Shown: positions 12,046 through 23,420 of the stretch, piece after piece
How positions within the stretch are numbered: the stretch's first letter is position 1
Layout of the letters: every line of letters begins with the position of its first letter
NCBI GenBank assembly: GCA_964016885.1
Contig: OZ024756.1
Span: 36,704,001 to 36,768,000, forward strand
Direction of reading: 5' to 3'
Origin: Eledone cirrhosa
Lineage: Eukaryota
Length of the DNA: 64,000 nucleotides
The notes under the pieces: model-generated
What the model was told of the DNA's origin: nothing
Seen by the model: the letters and a program-made list of their open reading frames with translations, nothing else
The model's database searches: none
Made by a program: the position numbers and the translations under genes

Positions 12046-14241
12046 CTCACACGCCCACAAAGTGTAGGTGATCAGCAATGATACAAATTTAGGTTGTCTA
12101 AAAAGCTCAAGACCAATTATATTTGAACAACGTTTTATAACTGAACTTCTGTTGACTTTCTCGTTCTCTACAATATATTCGTCTTTGACATCTTTATTAT
12201 CTGTTGCTGAAAGTTTGCCCTAAAATTAATAGAAAATACCGTAGATTAATGTTTAATTATTTATTATTTTATATATTGGGAGATTTATAAGTGTTTCTTA
12301 TAGATTTATTATTGTATTGAAAGAACGTTGACAATGTTAGAAGACTCTGTATTACCTCCCTTGTCAATGTTGAAGACTCTAGGTATGAGAATGTATCGTA
12401 CTTAAGGTACTGTATTACTTCCCTTCTCAGTATTGAAGACTAGAAACGAGACACATCCTAATTAAGGTACTGTATTACCTCCCTTGTCAATATTGAAGGC
12501 TAGATATAAAACACATCCTAATTTAGGTACTGTATTACCTCCCTTGTCAATATTGAAAACTCGACATGAGAATTTATCGTACTTAAGGTACTGTATTACC
12601 TCTCCTGTCAATATTAACGACTCTCAACATAAGAATGTATTGTACTTAAGGTACTGTATTACCTCCCTTGTTAGTAATGGATGTCTTGACATAAGAAAAT
12701 ATGACACTTGGTGAGTGTGTGTGTGTGTATTTGTGTGTGGCTGCGTGTGTGTGAATATATCTATATACTATGTATGTGTCTATATTGGTATATAAGTATG
12801 ACCATGTTGGTATTTATGTGTCGGTATACATTTGTATGTATTGATATTTGTGCATCTATAAATATGTTTCTTTTATCTATATCTTATAGGCCTATAATTG
12901 TTTCTACTTTTTGGCACAAGGCCAGCAATTATCACAATGTATGACTGGTACTTTATTTTATCGACCCCATAAGGATGAAAGGCAAAGTTAACCTCGGCGG
13001 GATTTGTACTCAGACCATAAAGGGCCGTAACTCTTTGCTGCAAAGCATGGTGTCCGACCCTCTGCCGATACTGCCAAACCACCGCCCTTATAGGCCTATA
13101 ATGCTATATATATATATATAGCCGATCGACTTTCAACAAATCGGTCCGAGGAAAGAATGTTTCCGTTGGTCCTTTCAATTGCTCATGTTATTTATCCGTC
13201 GCAACTCCTGGTAGAAGAAGCAACGTGAAATAAAGAGTTTTGCTCAAGGACATAACGCACCGCCTGGTCCAGGAATCGAACTCACCACCTCAAGAATCCA
13301 CTTCTCTAACCACTCAGCCACGCGCCTTCACAATGCTATATATGTGTCTATATGATATGTATGTTTATGTTGATATTTGATACGTGTTTCTGTATTGATA
13401 TGTATGTGTGTTTCTGTTTTGATATGTATACGTATCTATGAGTATGTATGTATCTATATTGATAAATATATGCGTACCTATCGGTATATATGTATCTGCA
13501 TTAATGTATATACGTATCTGCTGGTATGTCTGTCAATGTATACAGTTAACAAATATATATATATATATATAAAAGAATAGAGGTGTAACACACAAGTTGT
13601 GATATATTGGTAAACGGAAAAGAAAATGCTGACAAATTGTTCACAGTGAAAAATAGTTTAATTAGGAATAAGTGAGAATTAGTAATAGTATTGGTTAGTA
13701 TTCAGTTTTGGTTTTAAGTTTTACCGGTTGCGCATTTCTAATGCTTTTCAAAAATAATTTTGAGATAGAGCGTCCGTGATGTTTGCTCTAATCTGATTAG
13801 TTTTGGAAATTCTACCTGTTTTTATGTTAAAAAAGTGACTCCAGCGGTAATAAAATAAGTTTTGCGCCAATTCGTGTTGCAAAAATTCTTGTGGTCAAAA
13901 CAATTTTGATTGGTCGGTAGAGGTCATGTGAATGTTAAAAATTGATTTTGCGCCAAATGTAGGTTTGTGTCGGCTGATTGAGAAGTCACTGAAAAATAAG
14001 TCTTTCAAAATGTGTGTGTGTAGTAGTTGTAGTAAAGAGGTTCGTTGTTGTGATAATGGTCAGCAGGGATGTGTGTGCGAACCGCAGCCTGTTGACAGTT
14101 CAAAACCTATTAAGACAAGTGTGTGTGTGTGTAGCAGAGTAATTCGTGGTAGAGGGATGATCAGTAGGAATATGTCTGTTAGTGTGTGGGGGATATTTTA
14201 ACATGTTAAAAGATATTTTTCAGCTCTTGTCTTATACGGAG

Positions 14242-14282
<41 letters not shown>

Positions 14283-16131
14283 TTTGTATGTTAATGTACG
14301 CGTGTGTATGTGTGTGTGTATATATATGTTCGTGTGTGCGCATACGCGTGTGTGTGTGGGTGGACCAGTAATTATTTTTGTGATAGTGGTGAAATAGCGT
14401 ACATTATTCGATATTTTCAGTAAAATCGATTCTCTCAATAGAACATCAAAAATCTTAATAATAAAAGGTGTGAAATGATATATAGTATTGGCATAATACC
14501 AAGGTGTGTGTGAGTGTGTCCAGATTGTACGTACTGCAAGGGGAATCCATTAGGCCTTGCCGTATTGGAATACATGTGTACAAATATGTATGTGCCCATC
14601 AGTGTGCAATGCATGTGTGCGTTTATGTATGTGTGTGTGTCGGCACGTTTATATCTATAGACATCAAAAGGTATGCAAATTTGTGTATATTTGTGTTGCA
14701 CCATAGAACATGTGTCTTTACGTATGTCATTGTGTTTATATGTGGGTAGAGATGTATGCTGATGTAGGTATGTATGTTCGTCTTAGGGAGAAGTGTTTAG
14801 ACGGGGTCCGTATTTGTTAATAAAGTAAGATTCCTTGCTGATGCGCTGGGTGTGGGTGGCATTATCTTTAAATTTGTAGAGGGGAAAGATTCTGAAGTTG
14901 GGATGATTTGGGGCGGCACAGGTATCAATGTGTTCACTCAGTGGTATTTTCCTGTATTCCCGTATTTTAATTTGGGATCTATGGACAGTCATGCGTTGGC
15001 GGAGGCTGTTTTTGGTCTGGCCTATGTATTGTTCTCGACAACCTGAGCAAGTTAATAGATATATTAGATTTTCTGATGCGCATGTGAAATTGTGTTTTAC
15101 TATAAAACGTTGTCCTTCTTTGAAATAGAATTCCGAACCCTCTATTAGGTTGATGCATATGCCACAGTTGGGTCTATCGCATTTTTTTACTGTGGGTTTC
15201 GTTGTTGTGGTTAGCAGTACTTTGGCATGTGTTAGGATGTTTTTCATTGACTTAGATTGTCTTTTGCTCTTTATGATATCGTGTGTTCGTAGGATTTGGT
15301 TCATTCTATGGTCCCTTTTCAACACAGGGATATTCTGGAGGATGGTGTCAAAGGCCTCATTGTTGAGGGGGTTGTGTGTGGAGATGTATGGAAGAGCTTT
15401 TAGTTTCGGTTGATTTACTTTAGGGTGTCTAAGGTCCTGGGTACTGAGTTTTAGGGCACGTTGGATTCCATTGTCCCTGCCTATGAGTGTGTCCTTTAGT
15501 TCTTGTAGCCGTAAGTAGCAGGTGTTTTTATTGGAGACTATAGTACAGATTCTCTTGGCTAAGTTGTAGGGAATATTCATTTTAACGTGTCTAGGGTGGC
15601 AAGAGTTGAAAGGAAGATATTGCTTGGAGTCTGTGGGCTTGTAGTATATGTCTGTTTCTATTTTTTTGTTATGGATCTTAATGAGGATGTCGAGGAAGGG
15701 GAGTTGTTGATGGCTGTATTCCATCGTGAAGTTAATATTCGTGTTGAGCCCATTTATAAGGGTGTGAAATTCTTTAAACATTTGGCGCAAAATCAATTTT
15801 TAACATTCACATGACCTCTACGGACCAATCCAAATTGTTTTGACCACAAGAATTTTTGCAACACGAATTGGCGCAAAACTTATTTTATTACCGCTGGAGC
15901 CACTTTTTTAACATAAAAACAGGTAGAATTTCCAAAACTAATCAGATTAGAGCAAACATCACGGACGCTCTATCTCAAAATTATTTTTGAAAAGCATTAG
16001 AAATGCACAACCGGTAAAACTTAAAACCAAAACTGAATACTAACCAATAATATTACTAATTCTCACTTATTCCTAATTAAACTATTTTTCATTGTGAACA
16101 ATTTGTCAGCATTTTCTTTTCCGTTTACCAG

Positions 16132-16184
<53 letters not shown>

Positions 16185-18188
16185 TAGGTGGTGAGATAGT
16201 GCCTTCGTTGTATTTTTGACTAAATAAATCTTAACTATAATAAAGGAAGGTCTGCGGGACGGCGTCCAGAATATATTTTTATACTCCGTTTGTAAAATAA
16301 GTTGGATTACTTTGAATAAATAATGAATGAATATTACATAATTTATGTGGTAAATTTTGTGGCTGTTGATTAAATACATTTATAGCTTATTTAAAGATTC
16401 ACTTCTTTAACATTTTCAAATGTCAACAGTTCCGGTTAGCTGCCGTTATATTATTACACTTATAAAAATATCACATATATTTCCGTCGCTAATTTTCTCC
16501 TAATGCAGTTTATATATAATATCGTCTTTTTTTAAATGTATCATGGATTACTTTACTGATTACAGAAGACAGTGTAACATAGACTTCGTTCAATTTCTGT
16601 GTATATTGTCAATTACGATTTTATTTGATCATATCTACATGTATATATACTCATATCATGCATCTATATGTGTGTATAATATCAATATACACACTACACA
16701 TGCTAGCAGAAAACCACCCGAAAGGTGGTTTTTCTGCTAGTGAGTCAAATAATTGGAGTTATAAAAACCCACAAAATGAATAAGCATTGACAAACATGGG
16801 ACACAACCCACATCTCTGACTACAACGGCCATTGTTTTATCATTACACCAATACGTTATCCACACAAATTTCCACTCAATTTGAAGCTATGCAATCATAG
16901 CGTATGAATACATATATATAAGATACAAAGATTTTAGTTTTTGTTTACAAACAACGGAGAATTTGAAATTAGATAGTGAAATAGTGCCTGTGGGTTTTTA
17001 TAACTCCAATTATTAGGCTAATTTATTTAGTCAAAAATACAACGTATTGGTGTGATGGTAACACAACGTATTGGTGTAATGGTAACACAATATATTGGTG
17101 TAATGGTAACACAATGGCCGTGGTAACCCGAGATGTGGATTCGTGTCGCCTAAGTCAATGTTCATTCATTTTTCCATTCTGTGGAAGATACAAAGCGTTT
17201 ATATATTATATATAATATATATATACATTCCTTCTCACTTTATACTGTTTTTCATCAGATGTATCACATGTCTTGTTAATTATTCCTTCCTGGATTATCT
17301 TTCCTTTATCGTAAGATTCTGACACTGAAGATGGAGTTCCAATCACAGAATGGGGGTTGGTTTTGTCTGCTGCTGTTGAAATATATACATATATAGATAT
17401 ATATGTGTACACACACACATTATATATATATATATATAAATTAATAAAATAATGAATAAACAAAGAAACAGTTCCTTATATTAAAAAAATTAATCATTTT
17501 ACGATCGTTTCTAGGATATATATGTGTTAGAGTTGGTATGCATATTCTATAGATCTATGTACAATATTTATACAAACTATCAGAGGGAATATACATACCT
17601 ACACATATATATGCTGTCTTCAGAAATAATGATATTTGTTTATTGAAAAAAAAAAAACAAAGATTCAATACAATAGGTCTGTTTGGGAACAGGTTTTGAA
17701 TTGACCAATAGAAAGATAGTGAGGGTCAAGATAGTTGTTTTTTTTTATCGAAGTGGTAGGCCCTCCATCTGACTCTTCTGATAAATTGGTTGGTTTTTTG
17801 TATCATAAGAAGTAAGAAATCATCCTTAGAAGGTAATGGTATATTCTTTAAAGAAGTTACCAAGTATTGTTTTTCCATTGTGATATGGATAATGGACAAG
17901 AAAAAGAGCTCAACTATTTATATATGGAGTTATAAAGTCATACACATATATGTATATATATATATATAAATATATATACACATACAATATCAAAATAAGA
18001 ATATCCCCATGAAAATAGGAGCAAAGTATGTAGATGAATCTACCAAAAGTTTACGGTAGTGTCCAATCCGTATGAAGAACTCAATGTAATCCGGATATCA
18101 TGAAAAGAGTTTTTTCATGATATCCGGATTACATTGAGTTCTTCATACGGATTGGAGACTACCGTAAATTTTTGGTAGATTTATCTAC

Positions 18189-18220
<32 letters not shown>

Positions 18221-20899
18221 GAAGAGAAACGAACAAACATGAAGCTGCATTAACATATATATTTGTACATACACAGAAATAAACATAAACAGCTATAGTG
18301 ATAGTTCATGCTCGATGTAGTCTTAACAGAGCTAATTTCTTCCAGGGAAAGAAACGAAGTGAAGTAAGAAAGATCTATAGAGGAATAGTTACCCTAGAAT
18401 TGGGTTAGTAATTTTTTATTGGCTTCGAAAGAAAGATAAACTTCATCGCGACAGGATTTAAAGTCAACAATCTTTCTACATCTCTTTACCAGACACTAAG
18501 TATAGAGTTTACCGGGAGAGGTTTAACAAAGAGATACTTCCATAATAGGAGAAATCACTGTTGTCTCCCTTTTTGTAAATTGGTATTATCACTCCCGATT
18601 GCCATTGTTTAGGCGCTTTTCCAGAGATCCAGGTCACTCAGCTTACACGAGTCAGCCGGAGAATATACCTTCTCTATTTAAGACTTTTCACTCTTACTTT
18701 TATTTATTTACCCGAAAATATAATGAAACGTAAAAAACATAAAGAAACGCAAAGAATCTCACCTATATCTTCTTTGTTTTCCACATCTTTGCAGGTATAT
18801 TGCAGGGGTCGGCAAAGTGCTCCCAAAACGACAAAGTTCAGAAGTAAACCCGATATAAGGAGTAAGGTACTGCTCAGTCCATAAAACCGTAAGAGATAAT
18901 CACAAATCAAGCTTCCTAGCATTATGCCACACCCTCCTCCACAATAGACCAGTCCTATGGCCAATGCACGCTTCTTATTAAAGTAGAATCCAGTTATAAT
19001 CAGAAAGGTAAAATAGGTCATTCCAAGAGACACACCTGCAAAATAATGAAAAAAATTTCAAATTTTCAAATTCAGTTTTAGAAAATATTATTAGAATATT
19101 ACTTGTGACATTATGACAATAAGTTAAGATAAAAAGGGTTGTATTGTGAGCAAGATGTGACGCTAAAGCCCTTGCTTTTCCTTCCTTTTCCGTTTTCATA
19201 ACTTAACATCCTAAACTGCAATGATGACATGACATATTAAAGTCTTTACTGTAATACTGCAAATTTCTACACAGATCTATCCATTTATACATTGGTTCTG
19301 CCTGATTCAATTATCATAGCATTGAGATAAAATAAATGAATAAAACATTATACAAAATAACTTATGACATAAAATGTGTCTAAGATGTTAAATGTATAAA
19401 ATTATGACATAAACTAGTGATATAAAATGATGTAAATATATATTACAGATGAGATATCTTACCTGAAATGAGGCCATATGTTACTATCAACATATCACTA
19501 CTGGTAGAAAATACTCCCAAAATGGCTCCTGTGAATCCAATAAGTCCTGATAATATCAACACTGTCCTATGACTAAAGTAAGCCAACAAAATACTGGCAA
19601 CTGGAGCTGAAGATATAATGTGATAAAGAATAATAAGTATAGTCGTGTGGATAAGATGACATGGTTTGGTTTACGGAATGAAATGGAGACTGCAATATAT
19701 GTTTCGAACAGATCTCTCCACCCAAGACCTGGAAGCCTCCCTTGTTAACCCACGTGAAGCACGGTGCGGTATGATTTTTCTTTCTTTTCTTCACCATATT
19801 GCAGTTTCGATAGTTTTATTCACGTCAGTCACCAATTTGGTACTTTGTCAAACCCGCGAAGACTGGGCTTATTTAGAGGCGGCCTTTACTTGCCTCATCG
19901 CAGCTACGTTCCTGGGTTGTGAGATATTGTAAGACAGGATAGTTTGTTTGGAACGAAGAAAAACAAAATGTATCTAAATATGTTATTAAATATGCTTGGC
20001 GGGCACGCAAGACGAAGAACATGTTTTTTCCTGTAGCATATCACATGAACGGAAACTCATCCGAAGAAATCCCACCTATACCAGCAACGAATGCATCTTG
20101 GATTGCATATGGGCCGCCATAGAAATAATTATAATCAATAAACGCTTTATGTAAACAGCATCTTTCTTGTAAATGTTATTCTTATATATAAGAAGCTTTC
20201 GTCATATTTTTTGATTAAAGAAAATTTAGAACCCTCTAAAAATTGTAAAAGATGAGTATCGACGTACATGGGAGTTGAAACCACATCTCTGGTTATCCAA
20301 ACCACTGTTCTACAATTAAACCAACACATAACCCATCCATCTCCTTCCAATCAAATTATAAGCTCCATTCTGAGCAAGTATAATGATAACTAAGTATTTA
20401 TGAAACAGCAAGCGAGTTTGAATGTACGTCAATACTCATTTTTTGCCATTTCTTAGAGGGCTCTAAACTCCACTATCAGACTAAAATACTCCCTTTCTCT
20501 ATAATCATGAAGGTGTTGACCCAGTTGACCCAGTTAACCCAGTGACCCAGTGGGACTCAGCCCAGCATTTAATTGTTCCAATGAATGAAATCAGTAAAAA
20601 GAAAATAGGTAAAAATTACAAAGGTAAAAACGTGAAAATTTACCTGCAAGTAAACTAAGTCCATTTATCAGAGCTCCAACTAAGGACAGTTTCCCCACGG
20701 ATTCCTCATAAAAGATTCTTTTGAAGCTAACGAGAAATATTCCTATAGAACTCGTTAAAGCAAGAACAATAAAATAGGCACAGGCTGCAGCAAAACATAC
20801 CACCCATCCCCAACCTCCATCTGGTATCACTGGTTCTTTTTGGTGGCAATTTTTCACATCTTTAACAATTGTTTCTTGTTTTGTCGATTGAGAGGGCAT
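8885..20899 (-). CDS. SLC16/monocarboxylate transporter family MFS protein, copy C (intact ORF, 8 coding exons, 495 aa)
   Basis: Exons (high to low) 20899-20644, 19606-19463, 19035-18763, 17372-17239, 12219-12051, 11142-10870, 9974-9849, 8997-8885. Exon lengths are identical to copy D, introns are GT-AG, and no internal stop was seen. Confidence 0.88.
9849..9974 (-). CDS. SLC16 copy C exon 7
   Basis: 126 nt, GFSLPLKLILTTEIVGLEH...SPPIF. Confidence 0.88.
10275..10850 (+). mobile_element. RTE-clade LINE 3' fragment with (GAA)n tail
   Basis: TLTYGHESW...IKAAEMGFL...QLRYYGHVVRM...GRPR; the GRP codons are amplified as a 12-bp repeat at 10603-10675. Confidence 0.8.
10870..11142 (-). CDS. SLC16 copy C exon 6
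   Basis: 273 nt, CNTMYSYIPP...VYGVAV. Confidence 0.88.
11449..11994 (+). mobile_element. Non-autonomous Helitron, same family as 16229-16740
   Basis: Shares CTATAATAAAGGAAGGTCTGCGGGAC and the terminal hairpin (ending TTAG). Confidence 0.75.
12051..12219 (-). CDS. SLC16 copy C exon 5
   Basis: 169 nt, GKLSATDNK...FVSLLITYTLWA. Confidence 0.85.
13575..16135 (-). mobile_element. Penelope-like retroelement (Neptune-type), 5'-truncated, with inverted terminal repeat
   Basis: ORF 14783-15796 has the PLE RT C-terminus (INFTME..LPFLD..YYKPTDSKQYL...SCHP), a Cys cluster (CDRPNCGIC) and a GIY-YIG endonuclease (NLIYLLTC..C...YIGQT). The 3' terminal ~355 bp (13605-13960) recurs inverted at 15780-16133. 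(TA)n lies on both sides, and the element is absent from copy D. Confidence 0.92.
14783..15796 (-). CDS. PLE reverse transcriptase C-terminus plus GIY-YIG endonuclease (truncated ORF)
   Basis: Motifs as above; the first few codons come from the inverted terminal repeat junction. Confidence 0.85.
   Translation of the reverse strand: MILRQMFKEFHTLINGLNTNINFTMEYSHQQLPFLDILIKIHNKKIETDIYYKPTDSKQYLPFNSCHPRHVKMNIPYNLAKRICTIVSNKNTCYLRLQELKDTLIGRDNGIQRALKLSTQDLRHPKVNQPKLKALPYISTHNPLNNEAFDTILQNIPVLKRDHRMNQILRTHDIIKSKRQSKSMKNILTHAKVLLTTTTKPTVKKCDRPNCGICINLIEGSEFYFKEGQRFIVKHNFTCASENLIYLLTCSGCREQYIGQTKNSLRQRMTVHRSQIKIREYRKIPLSEHIDTCAAPNHPNFRIFPLYKFKDNATHTQRISKESYFINKYGPRLNTSP
16229..16740 (+). mobile_element. 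Non-autonomous Helitron
   Basis: Starts TCTTAACTATAATAAAG and ends with the hairpin CTAGCAGAAAACCACC-CGAAA-GGTGGTTTTTCTG-CTAG. Inserted between A and T with no TSD; the empty site is at the paralogous position near 30632. Confidence 0.85.
17239..17372 (-). CDS. SLC16 copy C exon 4
   Basis: 134 nt, [10 protein letters not shown]. Confidence 0.8.
18763..19035 (-). CDS. SLC16 copy C exon 3
   Basis: 273 nt, YFNKKRALAIG. Confidence 0.88.
19463..19606 (-). CDS. SLC16 copy C exon 2
   Basis: 144 nt, reverse complement of the copy D exon 2 paralog. Confidence 0.88.
20644..20899 (-). CDS. SLC16 copy C coding exon 1
   Basis: MPSQSTK...PDGGWGWVV; same length as copy D exon 1. Confidence 0.88.
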
Positions 20900-21305
20900 G
20901 TTGGGAAGGTATTTTACTGAAAATATTTGAGAAAACAACAAAAACAAAAATAAACATTATTTTGTGGGGGATTGCCAAATTCAGTAGAACGTCGGACAAC
21001 ATGCTTAGTGGCATAGAGTTATGGCCTATTAAGTTCTTCTAGATATACATACATTTATATGTATGAGTATATAACTATAATCGCACAAACACAGACACAC
21101 AAAAATACACTCACGGACATACATTCACACAAATACACATATTTTCACACAAACACATACATTCCCACAAACACATACATAGATTCACACAAATATATAT
21201 ATCTTCACACAAAGACATACATACATTCACACAAATATACATACTTTCACACAAACACATACATTCCCACAAACTGATTTTTTTCTTCTAATATATAAGG
21301 AACAA

Positions 21306-21940
21306 TTTCCACAATCATTCTTGTTACCCTTTCCCTTGTACAAGACCACCATTATTGCATCTCTCCAGTCCTCGGGTACGGATTCACTAGCCCATATCCT
21401 GCCAAACAAAGAGTGAAGATGTTGCAGCACTCTCTCACCACCATATTGTAAGAGCTCTGCATGTATGCCATCCATACCTGAAAACCTTCCACTGTTCAGC
21501 TTCGAGATAGCTACTGCAACCTCCACAACCGTCGGTGGTTCTGCGAGAGTTACTTTCACAGGTTTTTTAGGAATCTTCATTGACGACAGACGGCTGATTC
21601 AAAAGTTCATCAAAGTGCTCTCGCCACCTTGTGACAGAACACGCCTCTTATCAGCCAACAAGTCATCTATATGTTCATCATTTTCATTAGACCAGTTTTG
21701 ATGCTTTCTCTGCACCAATCCTAGAACATGCCTACCTACATCATAACCCGACTTTTTAAGGGTCGGCCAATCCTCACAAAGATCTGCAACATGCATCTCT
21801 TCTCGCAATGTCTCCTCTTCACATTTTTATCTCTAAGATGAGCAGCATTCTATCTCCTGGGCAGGGTAACACCAGGAGCCCCGATTTTACGTTTAGTGAT
21901 TAGTTTTACTTTTGCGCGTACCAAGTGGTGGTCCGTACAG
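21306..21940 (-). mobile_element. RTE-clade LINE fragment (end of APE domain to start of RT)
   Basis: TDHHLVR (APE end); PPTVVEV..AISKLNSGR..GMDGIHAELLQYGG...VPEDWRDAIMVVLYKGKG....CGN. Confidence 0.85.
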
Positions 21941-22006
21941 TATATATATATATATATATATATATACTGGACGGACCACCACTTGGTACGCGCAAAAGTA
22001 AAACTA

Positions 22007-22045
<39 letters not shown>

Positions 22046-22089
22046 TCGTAACTTACAATTATCCAAAGCAAGAATAATTTTAGCCATAC

Positions 22090-22433
22090 GTACTCAATAT
22101 ATATAATTCAACATTTGTCAATTTTGAGCTCTTAGCGTTTCTTAGTTTTGAAGCTACTGAAAGTTTTGTGATGGAAACATTATGGCTGTTACTGTACATG
22201 CACATGAAATTATGTTTTCACACGAATTTAACTCATGTTATTGAGAATGTACTTTACAAAATGATAGCAGGTTTAACAAGTTGAAAATTAGATCGTAAAT
22301 TATTTAATAAAATACACTAGATATAAAACAATGACAATTTAGTTTATAACCAAATTGAACTCTACCAGGCTCCTCTCTAACATATCATAAAATAATTTCT
22401 TATTACTATTCGAAAAACCTGAAAAGATAGTGT
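22090..22433 (+). repeat. ~345-bp direct repeat, second copy at 24545-24910
   Basis: TATATAATTCAACATTTGTC...GAAAAGATAGTGTGGG present twice in the spacer between copies C and D. Confidence 0.85.
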
Positions 22434-23029
22434 GGGCGTAATTCTATCCTGGCAATTTGTGGAAGTAAGGGGTAGCTGAACCTGCCAGTAGAAGAAAGAG
22501 GGAGAGGGGGTGGAGGAAGCCCAGTCGTGCGTTTACTTATTGTTTCGCCTTCCTCCCCTCTTACCCCCTAGTATACTTGCTTGATCACCTGCCCTGCTGT
22601 AGTTGGCACTATCAACGCACGACTGGGTTTCCTCCACCCCCTCTCCCTCTTTCTTCTACTGGCAGGTTCAGCTACCCCTTACTCCCACAAATTGCCAGGA
22701 TTAAAATTCTCATTTAGTCCAGAATTAGCCGTCGAAATGGCTTGAGCTCAGCCGTCGTGGTCCTACTCTTTCCTATTACCCACTCTACTACCCTAAGTAT
22801 TGAGTACTTTGGTGCGTTATGGTCCACCCGTTTCCTTACCCCATTTCCTTAGTTATATATAATATATATATATATATAAATATATATATGATAATAATGC
22901 GTCGGGTCCTAATGAGCATCACACGTGTCTGAAAGGGGGGTCGTGCAGTAAGGGATACCCCAAAAAAATTGTTGACAGGCGGAGACGGCCTGAGAACGGT
23001 GGCTTCACCACAACAGTAAAGGGAGGTCA

Positions 23030-23420
23030 AGTAGACAATAGAGGGGTGGTCCCTTACTGCCCGCTTCTCTTGAAGATGTTCAACGCCTACATCAACGTTG
23101 GGTTTTGCAACTCCATCAAGTCGATACCAGAAAAAGTTCCTTACTTCCCAAACCAAAAAGAAGTCAATGACTTGGTCAGGGATATGGGTCTGACCAAGTC
23201 CAATGCAGAGCTATTCGTCTCCAGGATGAAGCAGTGGAACTTGGTCAAGGAGGAAGTGCAGGTGACAAGTCAGAGAAGTCGTCACGAACCTTTCTCAAGG
23301 TTTTACACTCTTAGGGATGGCCTCTGCTTCTGCCATGACGTACCTGGACTGTTTGACGTTATTGAGTGCCGTTTGAGCCCAAGGATTGGATGCCGTTTGT
23401 GCCCTGTTGATTTAATTATA
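23030..23420 (+). mobile_element. Fused fragments: Helitron Rep motif plus Chapaev-type transposase
   Basis: VVPYCPLLLKMFNAYINV.FCNSIKSI resembles Helitron Rep; NQKEVNDLVRDMGLTKSNAELFVSRMKQWNL...DGLCFCHDV.GLF resembles Chapaev-3 transposase (both recognised from memory). Confidence 0.65.
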
